Positions 9,126 through 19,279 of a stretch of DNA of 43,248 nt are shown here, piece after piece. Origin of the DNA: an uncultured Candidatus Saccharibacteria bacterium. Lineage in GTDB: Bacteria > Patescibacteriota > Dojkabacteria > SC72. The translations under genes and the position numbers were made by a program. The notes below the pieces were generated by a model that was not told the DNA's origin, did no database searches, and worked only from the letters and a program-made list of their open reading frames with translations. How positions within the stretch are numbered: position 1 is the stretch's first letter; every line of letters starts with the position of its first letter. The stretch lies in assembly GCA_964557565.1 (NCBI GenBank), contig CAZLAH010000002.1, forward strand, positions 17,682-60,929, read 5' to 3'.

Positions 9126-10057
9126 TGCATAATAGCGACATGATTAAATCTTTAGGAGTTACAATCTTACTCTTGGTCTTTTGGATATTACCTTTTTCTA
9201 ATGTATATGCAAATATGGTTGTAACACCATTCAAAGAAGAAGTCCTGATATCCGCACAAGAGAAAATTAGAGAAACTCTCTCCCTCAAAAACAATGGTAA
9301 AGAAATAGTAAAGGTTTCCCCTGTTGTCTTTTCTTACAACCCTCAGACACAAACATTGATTGATACTGAGAACTATATCTTTGTTAGAACAGATAAAGAG
9401 ATATTTACAATTAAGCCAAAAGAGACTTTAACATTAAACTATGAAATAGTCCCCCCGCTAAATATTAAACCTGGTACATATTTCAACCTGATTATATTAA
9501 AAAAGGAAGAAGAAGCTATAAAAGATATTTCAAAAAATCCTATAGGAGCTATAGACTCACTATCCCATCTAGTAGTTATGCATGTAAAAGATGAAGAGAA
9601 TTCAGTAATAGGTATAACTTCAGACTTTGCATTAACTACAATTTCCATAGAAGAAAATGGAATACCATTCATTAGGCCAACAAAGATAAAGTATGTTTAC
9701 CAAAATATTTCTAACTATGTGCTTGAACCTCTTGGAGAGATACAGATATACAACAACAAGGGTAACTATGCACCAAAGTATATTAAAATAAATGAAGAGA
9801 AGGAAAAGCTATACCCAGGAGGAACAATTGAGAAGATTATAGATATCAACGAAATACATATTTCAGATATTCTCAATGGTAGATCAATAGTAGGAAGGTT
9901 TTACAACGGTATAGACGAGGGATTTAAGATTATAGAATTAAGACAAGAACCAAATTACTTATTTATTTCTATATTCTGTATATCATTGGGAATATTGATT
10001 ATTCTCCTAAAGAGCTTACTCTTTGACAGAAAAAAGCTTAGAAAGAATTCTGCATAA
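9125..10057 (+). CDS. Paralogous two-domain surface protein with C-terminal TM anchor (CscA-like by pattern)
   Basis: The start overlaps the previous stop (TAATG). It has a signal peptide and the same layout as the preceding gene: VVTPFKEEVLISAQEKIRETLSLKNNGKEIVKV..., PLGEIQIYNNKG..., and a C-terminal TM helix LFISIFCISLGILIILL followed by DRKKLRK. Confidence 0.6.
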   Translation: MHNSDMIKSLGVTILLLVFWILPFSNVYANMVVTPFKEEVLISAQEKIRETLSLKNNGKEIVKVSPVVFSYNPQTQTLIDTENYIFVRTDKEIFTIKPKETLTLNYEIVPPLNIKPGTYFNLIILKKEEEAIKDISKNPIGAIDSLSHLVVMHVKDEENSVIGITSDFALTTISIEENGIPFIRPTKIKYVYQNISNYVLEPLGEIQIYNNKGNYAPKYIKINEEKEKLYPGGTIEKIIDINEIHISDILNGRSIVGRFYNGIDEGFKIIELRQEPNYLFISIFCISLGILIILLKSLLFDRKKLRKNSA

Positions 10058-10940
10058 CCTTTACTGTTGTCTTGAAACTAATCTTTGCTACTTTAGAGAG
10101 TTCTTCTACACCATTCTTTTGAACAAATTCTTTAGCACTATCGATAACATTTGAAGCTCCTTTGGGAAAATTGAAATAGTAATTCTTACTCATATTCTCC
10201 ATTTCTTCAAGAAATATACCTCTAGCTATTACAGATGCCGTAGCTACTGCAATATCTGATTCTCCTTTATGATATTGCCTGAAATCTACCTCTTTGCCTA
10301 AAACACCTAATTCATTGATTACCCTACTCTTTTGAGAAGAAAACTGATCTATTACTACATAGTCACACCGTATATTCTTTGTTTTCAAATCACTTAAACC
10401 CATCTCTATGACCTTAGAATGCTGTTTTGCGAGAAGTATAGAGACATTCTTGTATTCTTTGTACAATTCATTATATTCAGAAGGAGAAACAACAGATGAA
10501 TAGTAAAACTCATAATCCCGCAGAGAAGAATACATCTTCAATATTCTTTCATCAGAGAATTTCTTTGAATCTCCTACTCCCAAACAAGATATCTTTTCCA
10601 TAATATCCTTATTTACAAAACAAGCTACTACAACAAGGGGTCCAAAATAATCACCTTTACCAACTTCGTCTACACCAATATGAGGTGAGAGATCTTCTTT
10701 TGTACCATCATTACATCCTTCTTTGATTAAAGATATTGTCTCGGAAAAGTCTTCACTACCCTGTAAAACCATCTTCTTACTAGTATACACAGTACATACA
10801 GAACCTCTTTTGTTTTTCATTCTTAAAGCTACATATTCATTGTTAAATGGATATTCTTCCCAACCATGTACAAGAAGCACACTCTTAAGATCTTTGATAT
10901 CTTGAACATCTAATTGTATAGAGACAGTATTTTGAGCCAT
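10038..10940 (-). CDS. rnhC: Ribonuclease HIII
   Basis: An N-terminal TBP-like substrate-binding domain of about 85 aa, then an RNase HII/HIII core with GVDEVGKGDYFGPLVVVACF. Length 300 aa. Confidence 0.8.
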   Translation of the reverse strand: MAQNTVSIQLDVQDIKDLKSVLLVHGWEEYPFNNEYVALRMKNKRGSVCTVYTSKKMVLQGSEDFSETISLIKEGCNDGTKEDLSPHIGVDEVGKGDYFGPLVVVACFVNKDIMEKISCLGVGDSKKFSDERILKMYSSLRDYEFYYSSVVSPSEYNELYKEYKNVSILLAKQHSKVIEMGLSDLKTKNIRCDYVVIDQFSSQKSRVINELGVLGKEVDFRQYHKGESDIAVATASVIARGIFLEEMENMSKNYYFNFPKGASNVIDSAKEFVQKNGVEELSKVAKISFKTTVKVMQNSF

Positions 10941-10941
10941 A

Positions 10942-12420
10942 TTATTTCCTTACTAACTTTTGACCTTCTGAAGTATCTAAAACAGTATATCCTAATTCTA
11001 GTAGTTGATCTCTAATTTGATCCGCCTTTTCGTAGTTCTTTTCTTCTTTCGCAATTTTTCTGTCTTGCAAAAGCTCTTCTGCTTTTGGGAAAGTTATATC
11101 ATCAGAGACTCCAATGTGATCTACGAAAGTGAGTGACAGCTCTGTTATATTCTCTAAATCCAATCCAAGTACTTTGTCAAAATCAAGAATTGTAGAAAGA
11201 ATATCTTCTTTCTTTTCGTCTGATTTAAGTAACTCATTCACTAATGCCAATATTCCAGACATATTGAGATTGTTGTTTAAAAGTTCTTTAAATCTCGAAA
11301 CATAATCTAACAACAAATCACCTTTCGTATCTCCCAAAGCTCTAATCTTAGTATTTAGATTCAATCTAGCATTCTTTGCCCCTAAGAGAGCTTCTTGAGA
11401 ATACTGAATTCTTGTTCTGTAATTAATTGAGAGAAAAAGATATCTCAAATCTAATGCTTTAAAACCATCACTTATTAATTCTGGTAATGTAGATGCTCCA
11501 CCACTACTTTTAGAAAGCTTACCATTATCACTATTTACTAGCCATTCATTATGTACCCAGTACTTTACCACTGGATGTCCGAATGCTCCAATATTTTGAG
11601 CCCTCTCATTTGTATGATGAACAGGGATATGATCTATACCACCAGTATGAATATCAAATCTTTCTCCAAGTATCGCGGTACCCATTGCAGAACACTCTAT
11701 GTGCCATCCAGGGAATCCATCCCCCCAAGGAGAAGACCAATTCATGATATGGTCTTTGTATTTACCAACTCTTTTCATCCAAAGTACAAAATCAGCTGGA
11801 TGTTTCTTTAAAGGGTCAACATCTACTTCCTCTCTAACTGCTGTCTCTTTTTCGTCTAAATTTTGTCCCGTAAATATTGTATAGTCAGGAATTTTAGTAA
11901 CATCAAAATACAATGCCTGTTCTGTCTCATATGTATATCCATTCTCAACTATCTTCTTTGTAATCTCTATCATTTCATTTACATATGATGTAGCTCTAGT
12001 CCAACCGTATTTTTCAACATCACTGAAAGTTAAATTGTCCGGAATAGTTTCTCCATTTGGAGCAAGTATATTTAGATTCCTAAAGTCTTCCAAGACTGTA
12101 TCAATGTATTTGTTTGCTATATCAATCGGTTGAATACCTTCTCTTTCTGCTTGTCTGTCCATTTTATCCTCACCGAAATCACTTCCGAAATCATCAGTAG
12201 AAGACATATGACCTACATCTGTAATATTCATTACTCTTTTTACATCATATCCTAAATACAAAAGTGCCCTATGCAATATATCCCAGTTTACATATGATCG
12301 AATATTTCCAATATGCATTCTAGAATATACTGTAGGACCACAGCTATACATGGATATCTCTCCATCCTTATTTGGTTGTATTTCTACAATACCCTTATCT
12401 AGTGTTGAATATATTTTCAT
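10942..12420 (-). CDS. cysS: Cysteine--tRNA ligase
   Basis: SCGPTVYSRMHIGNIRSY (HIGH motif), WHIECSAM, KLSKSSG (KMSKS motif). Length 492 aa. Confidence 0.9.
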   Translation of the reverse strand: MKIYSTLDKGIVEIQPNKDGEISMYSCGPTVYSRMHIGNIRSYVNWDILHRALLYLGYDVKRVMNITDVGHMSSTDDFGSDFGEDKMDRQAEREGIQPIDIANKYIDTVLEDFRNLNILAPNGETIPDNLTFSDVEKYGWTRATSYVNEMIEITKKIVENGYTYETEQALYFDVTKIPDYTIFTGQNLDEKETAVREEVDVDPLKKHPADFVLWMKRVGKYKDHIMNWSSPWGDGFPGWHIECSAMGTAILGERFDIHTGGIDHIPVHHTNERAQNIGAFGHPVVKYWVHNEWLVNSDNGKLSKSSGGASTLPELISDGFKALDLRYLFLSINYRTRIQYSQEALLGAKNARLNLNTKIRALGDTKGDLLLDYVSRFKELLNNNLNMSGILALVNELLKSDEKKEDILSTILDFDKVLGLDLENITELSLTFVDHIGVSDDITFPKAEELLQDRKIAKEEKNYEKADQIRDQLLELGYTVLDTSEGQKLVRK

Positions 12421-13043
12421 TATATATCTCTCCTTCCTTCTAATGCTTTTTTTAATGTTAACCTATCTGCATACTCTAGATCTGCACCTGTTGGTAATCC
12501 CATTGCTAATCTAGTTATCTTTATTTTACCCTCTTTTACTAAATTCTTAAACAGATCAATAACGTAGCTAGCAGTAGCCTCACCCTCTAAACTTGGATTT
12601 GTAGCGACAATGATTTCTAATGAATCTTCGTTAGTTAACAACTCCTCTACTCTCTTTTTTAACTCCTTGAATCTTAACTCATCTGCTCCAATTCCTTCAG
12701 AAGGAGATATGACTCCACCTAAAACAAAATACAAGCCATCATATACACCTGAATCCTCAAAAGCTACTACATCCAAAGGTTCCTCTACTACACATACTTT
12801 CTCTTTCTTTCTCAGTGGACTACTACAAATTTCACACTCATCATCCTCCGATACATTGAAACATTTCTTACAATTTTTAACAGAACTCTCCATTTCCAAA
12901 AGAGAGTTAGCTAACTTAGAAGCATCCATATTGGGAGAACGAAGATAGTGATATGCCATTCTAGATGCAGACTTAGGACCAATACCTGGTAATTTACTAA
13001 ACTCCTCTATCACTTGTTTAACACTCTTTGGTAAAACAGACAT
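12420..13043 (-). CDS. recR: Recombination protein RecR
   Basis: LPGIGPKSASRMAYHYL (HhH), a C4 zinc finger CKKCFNVSEDDECEICSS and a Toprim region. It follows ybaB, as in the conserved dnaX-ybaB-recR cluster. Confidence 0.9.
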   Translation of the reverse strand: MSVLPKSVKQVIEEFSKLPGIGPKSASRMAYHYLRSPNMDASKLANSLLEMESSVKNCKKCFNVSEDDECEICSSPLRKKEKVCVVEEPLDVVAFEDSGVYDGLYFVLGGVISPSEGIGADELRFKELKKRVEELLTNEDSLEIIVATNPSLEGEATASYVIDLFKNLVKEGKIKITRLAMGLPTGADLEYADRLTLKKALEGRRDI

Positions 13044-13044
13044 A

Positions 13045-13353
13045 TTACTTAAACATACTCTTTAATTGATCTATATCCATATCTTGTACCATCTCTTTCT
13101 GTAACTTCTTCTGGTAATCCTTAAATGCTTCTTTAAAACCCTTCTTTATTGCATCTTCCATATCTGGTGAAAGATACTCTTCATCAATATGTACATCCTC
13201 TAATTCTTGAGCTCCATTCATGAAAAGTTTGATCATACCATTCTTAGATTCACCCTTAATCTTCTTCTCTCTTAATTGATTCTGAAGCTTCTTAGCTTCA
13301 TTCTGCATCTTTATTATTTCAATTGGATTTAACATAGCTATATTAATATACAA
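13045..13353 (-). CDS. ybaB: Nucleoid-associated protein YbaB/EbfC
   Basis: About 100 aa and helical. QNEAKKLQNQL...GESKNGMIKLFMNGAQELEDVHIDEEYL matches the YbaB pattern. Its position between dnaX and recR supports the call. The true start may be an internal Met. Confidence 0.75.
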   Translation of the reverse strand: MYINIAMLNPIEIIKMQNEAKKLQNQLREKKIKGESKNGMIKLFMNGAQELEDVHIDEEYLSPDMEDAIKKGFKEAFKDYQKKLQKEMVQDMDIDQLKSMFK

Positions 13354-13393
13354 ATTATATATGACAAGTAGATTATACTAGAAAAAAGGTATT

Positions 13394-14971
13394 TTACACA
13401 CCATCAAATATCGCTTCTATCTCACTTCCTAACTTCTTCCTTTTGAATTTGTTTTCCTCTTCTTTAGGTTCTTCTTTCTTTGTTGGAGTTGTAGGAAGAT
13501 TTCTTAAAACAAAATCTGCATCAGATTTACCCTTCGGCTTGATTGAATCATTGACAGTACAATCAATCCTACAAGTTACCCCATACACCTTTTTGAAAAC
13601 ATCGGCTATTATATTTCTACTCTTAGGCATCTCCATTCTCTCCTTATGGAATTTAAAAGGTACATCTAAAAAGATCACACCATTTTCAAACTTTGAAACA
13701 GTAGCACCCTCTAAAAAAGCATAAAGGTGACCATTAAAAGGCTTAATCTCACTAACAAAAATATCCCATTTTTTCTTGATATCCTCAAGTGCTATATTAG
13801 CACATGACGACTCTTCTATTACTGCTTGCTCTTCTTCCTTCACTTCTTCTACCTTCGGTGAAGCTATTTTATTCTTAACATCTCTATTTACTATCTGTAC
13901 TTCATCTTTACTACCAGCTTTCATCATCTCAGGTATGATCATCTCTAGAACCAAAGGCTGATTATTTGCATACCTTATTCTGTTCTCAGCATCTAAGAAA
14001 AGATTTACCAACTTATGCACTTCTTTCATTTCAATATCCTTCACAAATGCATATTCATCATCCAAACTTTCCCTTATCTTTTGACTTAAGATCTCTCTAA
14101 GTATATCTAAAACATATGTTGTGAATTGTTGGATATTTACACCTGTATTTTCCAATTCCTCTACTATTTCCAAGGATCTAGAGCCATTTCCTTCTAAAAG
14201 ATTCTTTAAAAGAAGTAATACCTGATCCTTGTTGGGGATACCAAGTATTTTTCTTACCTCATCTACAGAAATTTCCTGTTTACTATCCTCTTGCCCAGAA
14301 TATACAACATCAAGTATGGAGAGAGCATCTCTGTAACTACCTTTTGCATTATTTACAACAATTTCTAAAGCATCACCCTTTATTTTAATACCTTCTTTTT
14401 TAGCAATACCCTCTACCAATTCCCTGATCTCACTCTCTGTACCTAGACGAAAATCATATCTTTGACATCTTGAGAGAATTGTAGGAGGTAATTTATGTAC
14501 ATCTGTTGTAGCGAATATGAATATTACATGCTCTGGGGGTTCCTCTAGTGTCTTAAGAAGAGCATTGAAAGCCTCAGTGGTAAGCATATGGACCTCATCG
14601 ACTATGTATACCTTAAAACGTCCCTGAGAGGGTGAGAACTCGATCTTCTCTTTCAATTCCCTTATCTGATCAATACCTCTATTTGATGCAGCATCTATCT
14701 CTATGAGGTCTAGAAATCTCCCATCTGCAACACTTTTACATATCTCACACTCATTACATGGATTACCATCTTTTTTAGGATTTAGGCAATTAACTGCCTT
14801 TGCCAATATCCTTGCTGTACTTGTTTTTCCTGTACCCCTAGACCCAACAAAAAGATATGCATGGGATATTTGATTTCCTTTTACAGCATTCTTAAGAAGC
14901 TTAGTTATGCTTTCCTGCCCTATTATTTCATTAAAATCTGCTGATCTGTATTTTTGGTATAGTGAAGACAT
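13394..14971 (-). CDS. dnaX: DNA polymerase III subunit gamma/tau
   Basis: HAYLFVGSRGTGKTSTARILAKAVNC, a Zn module CNECEICKS, DEVHMLT and the SRCQRYDF sensor motif. Confidence 0.9.
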   Translation of the reverse strand: MSSLYQKYRSADFNEIIGQESITKLLKNAVKGNQISHAYLFVGSRGTGKTSTARILAKAVNCLNPKKDGNPCNECEICKSVADGRFLDLIEIDAASNRGIDQIRELKEKIEFSPSQGRFKVYIVDEVHMLTTEAFNALLKTLEEPPEHVIFIFATTDVHKLPPTILSRCQRYDFRLGTESEIRELVEGIAKKEGIKIKGDALEIVVNNAKGSYRDALSILDVVYSGQEDSKQEISVDEVRKILGIPNKDQVLLLLKNLLEGNGSRSLEIVEELENTGVNIQQFTTYVLDILREILSQKIRESLDDEYAFVKDIEMKEVHKLVNLFLDAENRIRYANNQPLVLEMIIPEMMKAGSKDEVQIVNRDVKNKIASPKVEEVKEEEQAVIEESSCANIALEDIKKKWDIFVSEIKPFNGHLYAFLEGATVSKFENGVIFLDVPFKFHKERMEMPKSRNIIADVFKKVYGVTCRIDCTVNDSIKPKGKSDADFVLRNLPTTPTKKEEPKEEENKFKRKKLGSEIEAIFDGV

Positions 14972-15013
14972 GAGTATATACTAAAACAAAGCATATGCTT
15001 TGCCAAGTGAAAA

Positions 15014-17452
15014 TTATTTACCCATCACACGTAATGCTTCTACAGCATCACTAAGCATCTGAGAGTAAAGACCGTAACCGACAGAGTTAATTGTTCCAGA
15101 TTGATTACTACCAAGAATATCTCCTGCACCTCGTATTTCCAAATCTTTGTTCGAGAGAAGAAAACCTGAGCCCAATTCTTCAGACTCCTTTATAGCTTCA
15201 AGTCTCAAAATGGCATCTCCTTTTAGATTATTGTAAAAGAAATGTGCATATGCCTGTTTTTCAGATCTCCCTATTCTACCCCTTATTTGGTACATCTGAG
15301 AAAGACCTAATCTAGTAGAATCATCTATTATTAATGTATTTACATTGGGAATATCTAATCCATTTTCAATTATTGTGGTACAAAGGAGAATATCGATATC
15401 TCCATTGATGAAATTAGTCATAGTCTTGTACAAAAGTTGCACACCCATCTGCCCATGAGCAATTTCTATACTCTTCTCTGGGAAAAGTTCCTTCAGTTTT
15501 TCATATACAGACTTAATTGTAGACACCCTATTATGCAAGAAGTAAACCTGCCCTTTTCTAGAAAGCTCTTTCTCTATGGCCTCTTTTACCTTCTCCCAAC
15601 TAAATTCATTGAAGTAATTAGCTACTTCTTTCCGACCTAAAGGAGGAGTAGCAAGTACAGAAATATCCCTAATTCCTACCAATGCCATACTCAATGTCCT
15701 AGGTATTGGTGTTGCCGTTAAAGACAAAACATTACTTCCAACCCTACTTTCCTTTATCTTTTCCTTTTGTTTAACTCCGAATTTTTGCTCCTCATCAATA
15801 ACTAACAATCCTATGTTCTTAAATGATATTTCATCATTAAGAAGAGCATGCGTTCCTACTACAATATCTATAGTACCATTCCTCAAACCTTTCATTACTT
15901 CTCCCCTATCTTCATTAGAAGAAAATCTAGAAATACTAGATATTGTAAACGGATATTCTTTAAATCTCTTTCTCAATGTAGCAAGATGTTGCTGAACCAA
16001 GACTGTCGTAGGAGCTAACAGTGCTACTTGAAAACCCTCATTCACTGTAGCAAACATTGCCCTCATAGCTATCTCTGTTTTTCCATATCCAACATCTCCC
16101 ACAAGTAACCTATCCATTGGTTTAGATCTCTTCAGATCAGCAATTATCTGTTGGGTAGCAAGTATCTGATCATCTGTATCTTTAAATTCAAATTTCTCAA
16201 CAAATCTAGATATCTCCTCTAGAGAATCTTGAGATGATATTATTGGTTCTCTTTTAGCTATTTCTCTAAGTGCGTAAAGTTGGAGTAACTCTTTCGCAAT
16301 ATCCTCTGCTTTTTCTTTTGCTTTCTTAGATATACGACTCCAAACACCACTATTTAAACCTGTAAGTTTTGGTTTACCCTTTCCTGCTCCTACATACTTT
16401 GTAAGCTTCTCAGAGGCACTCAGAGGTACATACAGCTTATCTTTGCCTGCATATGCTATCTCTATGTAGTAACCATTCTCTCGCTTCTGAATATCTACAT
16501 ATTTTCCAATACCATGGTCCTCATGAACTATATAATCCCCAGGTATTATCTTCTTAAGTATTTCGACAGATCCCGGATCTATCTTAAGGTTTTTTTCTTG
16601 ATATATGGAAAGATCTACCTCACCAAGAATTTCCAAATCTGTCAATACAAGTACTTTGGAAACTGTAGATACAAAACCCTTATTTATGTATTTAAATATT
16701 CCACCATCTTTCACAAACACCTTTTCTATATACTTACCGTAAACAGATTCCGCGATCTCCTCATACCTGTCTATATTGTTTGTAACGTACAAAACCTTGT
16801 ATTTTCTACTCCTGTAATTACCAATGATTTCCAAAACTACTCTCTGTGATACATAGCTATCTATATTTGGAATTCTTCTTATACCGATATCTACAGCTTC
16901 ATTCTCAGAACCTAAGTTCGGTTCCAAAACAAGATTCAAGCTATCCTTGCTGTTCTCATTTCCCACTAGAAGATCTGAAGAATTACTTAAAAATATTTTC
17001 TCTTCTAAGCTTCCTACTTTCTTCCTACTAGATGGATCTACAATATCAATATATTCAATCTTGTCACCAAACAAACTCATCCTTACAATGTTGTTCATAC
17101 TAAACGGCCATATGATGACGACATCTCCAAGAACAGAAATCTCACCTTCAGCCCATACTCTTTCGGTTTTTACATAGCCCATATCCAAGAATTTTTGTAT
17201 ATCAAAAGAAGAATCTACAGAAAGCCTGGTGCTTTCATTCTTGATATCTCCATCTTTGTTTTTAAACAGCCAAACAGACTTGTTCAGAATATTCCCAAGT
17301 ATTTCTACAGAAAGTTCATAGTATTCGGGATCTATACCTCTTATTCTTTTTTTTTCGATTATCTCCTTTTCTAATTTTTCACTACCTAAACAGAGAGAAG
17401 AAAGAAAATCTTTAATATTAGTATTCATATGTATCGCTATTTTATCAATCAT
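15014..17452 (-). CDS. mfd: Transcription-repair coupling factor, compact form (812 aa)
   Basis: CarD/TRCF RNAP-interaction domain (GDYIVHEDHGIGKYVDIQ...LYVPL). SF2 helicase motifs GDVGYGKTEIAMRA, DEEQKFG and QIRGRIGRS, plus a TRG region. The N-terminal UvrB-like remnant is short and there is no long C-terminal domain. Confidence 0.85.
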   Translation of the reverse strand: MIDKIAIHMNTNIKDFLSSLCLGSEKLEKEIIEKKRIRGIDPEYYELSVEILGNILNKSVWLFKNKDGDIKNESTRLSVDSSFDIQKFLDMGYVKTERVWAEGEISVLGDVVIIWPFSMNNIVRMSLFGDKIEYIDIVDPSSRKKVGSLEEKIFLSNSSDLLVGNENSKDSLNLVLEPNLGSENEAVDIGIRRIPNIDSYVSQRVVLEIIGNYRSRKYKVLYVTNNIDRYEEIAESVYGKYIEKVFVKDGGIFKYINKGFVSTVSKVLVLTDLEILGEVDLSIYQEKNLKIDPGSVEILKKIIPGDYIVHEDHGIGKYVDIQKRENGYYIEIAYAGKDKLYVPLSASEKLTKYVGAGKGKPKLTGLNSGVWSRISKKAKEKAEDIAKELLQLYALREIAKREPIISSQDSLEEISRFVEKFEFKDTDDQILATQQIIADLKRSKPMDRLLVGDVGYGKTEIAMRAMFATVNEGFQVALLAPTTVLVQQHLATLRKRFKEYPFTISSISRFSSNEDRGEVMKGLRNGTIDIVVGTHALLNDEISFKNIGLLVIDEEQKFGVKQKEKIKESRVGSNVLSLTATPIPRTLSMALVGIRDISVLATPPLGRKEVANYFNEFSWEKVKEAIEKELSRKGQVYFLHNRVSTIKSVYEKLKELFPEKSIEIAHGQMGVQLLYKTMTNFINGDIDILLCTTIIENGLDIPNVNTLIIDDSTRLGLSQMYQIRGRIGRSEKQAYAHFFYNNLKGDAILRLEAIKESEELGSGFLLSNKDLEIRGAGDILGSNQSGTINSVGYGLYSQMLSDAVEALRVMGK

Positions 17453-17497
17453 TCGAAAATATGTATAATGGTTGAATAATTTGAAGACAACAGGAAT

Positions 17498-18724
17498 ATG
17501 TTTTTAGCACATGCTCCCTTCTCATACCTGGGGAATGAGATATTACAAAGAAAAGCAATCAAGAAATTAAAGAGTGAAGAACAAATTATGGTTGGACTTT
17601 TTGCTCTTTTCTTTGGGATATTGCCTGATTTCGATATGTTTGTATTAACTTTTTTACATATACCTACATTTTTGCACCATGACGTAATATCACATACACC
17701 AATATTCTACATAGTAATATGGGCAGTATTAAGGGTTTTGATTAAACCAGTATCAACACTTTTAAACAAGAAAATTACAAAGGTATTACACAACGAGTTG
17801 CTATGTATATTGGTAGACACTTTTTTAATCGCTACATTGCTACATATTTTTGCAGATCTTCTTACAACAGATATTATGCTCTTTTACCCTCTTTCTGATA
17901 TTCGATTTACTGTTTTCAAATATCTCCTAGAGCCAAATCTTTTTGCAGGATATACTCTCAGTCCGCTATTTGCGATGGAGCTTGTTGTACTTTCTCTTTT
18001 TGTAACTACAATTTACAAGAAATATTTAGCAGAGAGTTTAGTGATTTCTATACTTACAAAGGCATTTGTAGGAATAGCTTCTGTGTATTTGATATTTTCC
18101 ATATATATGAATTTAAATACATACAACAGTAGCTACCTCTACGATTCTGCGGGAAAGATTAATTACGATTTAGATTACGATTCCATCGTGGATCATTCAG
18201 ATGCACAGATACATGGTGTAGAGAATATTTTAAATATTTCCTCTGTACAGCTATTTGACGAAGCTTTAGAAGTTGTAAACACACAGAAATGGACTGGAAA
18301 CAAAGATGGAAACATTATCGAGAAGATGAAATATCAATATGGTGGGTTAAGTTCTTACAGATTGATATCACAGGTTTACTATGATTTACACCTACCTATT
18401 GAGGCTGTTTTAAGTAACTACTACATACAAAGTAACAGTTTGAATGAGTATGTATCAGATTTGAAATACAGTGATGTTCTTCTTGAGTATCTAAGTGAGA
18501 AGGATCTTATGTTAGAACTAAATTTAGATTCCAATCCAGGTATTCCAAGAGGAAAACTCATATTCTTTTTAAATGAAGACGGAAGTATCGCTAACTTGGG
18601 AATTACATTGGAAAGTAACTATATAGCTACGATATTGGATACTGATGAATATGTTACTATGCATTCATACTTGGAAATGAGAGAGGTGTACAAAGATATA
18701 TCAGCAATATATATATCAAAGTAG
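17498..18724 (+). CDS. Membrane protein: N-terminal YdjM/DUF457-like putative metal-dependent hydrolase plus unknown C-terminal domain of about 190 aa
   Basis: His/Asp-rich TM core (LPDFDMF, LHHDVISHTP, HIFADLLTTDIMLFYPLS). The C-terminal soluble Tyr/Asn/Asp-rich region is unrecognised. Confidence 0.45.
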   Translation: MFLAHAPFSYLGNEILQRKAIKKLKSEEQIMVGLFALFFGILPDFDMFVLTFLHIPTFLHHDVISHTPIFYIVIWAVLRVLIKPVSTLLNKKITKVLHNELLCILVDTFLIATLLHIFADLLTTDIMLFYPLSDIRFTVFKYLLEPNLFAGYTLSPLFAMELVVLSLFVTTIYKKYLAESLVISILTKAFVGIASVYLIFSIYMNLNTYNSSYLYDSAGKINYDLDYDSIVDHSDAQIHGVENILNISSVQLFDEALEVVNTQKWTGNKDGNIIEKMKYQYGGLSSYRLISQVYYDLHLPIEAVLSNYYIQSNSLNEYVSDLKYSDVLLEYLSEKDLMLELNLDSNPGIPRGKLIFFLNEDGSIANLGITLESNYIATILDTDEYVTMHSYLEMREVYKDISAIYISK

Positions 18725-19279
18725 TATCTCTGAAAGAATCGATTTAACAGCATCTTCTACAACTTCCTCAAGGATTTCTTTCTCCTCTTTTGAGAAATTC
18801 ATCAATACATAGTCTTCTCCTGGGATATTTTTCTCTCCTCTGTTCTCAATCCCTATTCTAACTCTTTTGAAATTGGCTGTATTTAACCTTTCTTCTACAT
18901 TCTTGACTCCATTATGTCCTTGTGGAGATTTACCTATCTGTATTTTAAATTTACCAAAAGGAAGATCTAAATCATCGTGTACTAGAACAAGATTGTTTTC
19001 TAAATTCTCTATCTCGAACTTCTTTACAACTTTTGCTACTGCTTCTCCAGATTTGTTCATGTATGTAAGCGGTTTTTGGAGAACTGCAATTATCCTAGAT
19101 CCTTGTTTTACAAAGCTTAACTCAGATTTAAAAGTATCCTCTTTACACCACTCTGTTGCATATATATCACCTTGGAAAAGGAATTTCTCTCTTAATCTAT
19201 CTACAAAAACAAAACCAACATTGTGGCGAGTATTGCTATATATTTTCTCTGGATTTCCCAGACCTGCTATTAATTTCAT
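18716..19279 (-). CDS. pth: Peptidyl-tRNA hydrolase
   Basis: MKLIAGLGNPEKIYSNTRHNVGF..., HDDLDLPFGKFKI, GHNGVKN. Confidence 0.9.
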   Translation of the reverse strand: MKLIAGLGNPEKIYSNTRHNVGFVFVDRLREKFLFQGDIYATEWCKEDTFKSELSFVKQGSRIIAVLQKPLTYMNKSGEAVAKVVKKFEIENLENNLVLVHDDLDLPFGKFKIQIGKSPQGHNGVKNVEERLNTANFKRVRIGIENRGEKNIPGEDYVLMNFSKEEKEILEEVVEDAVKSILSEILL

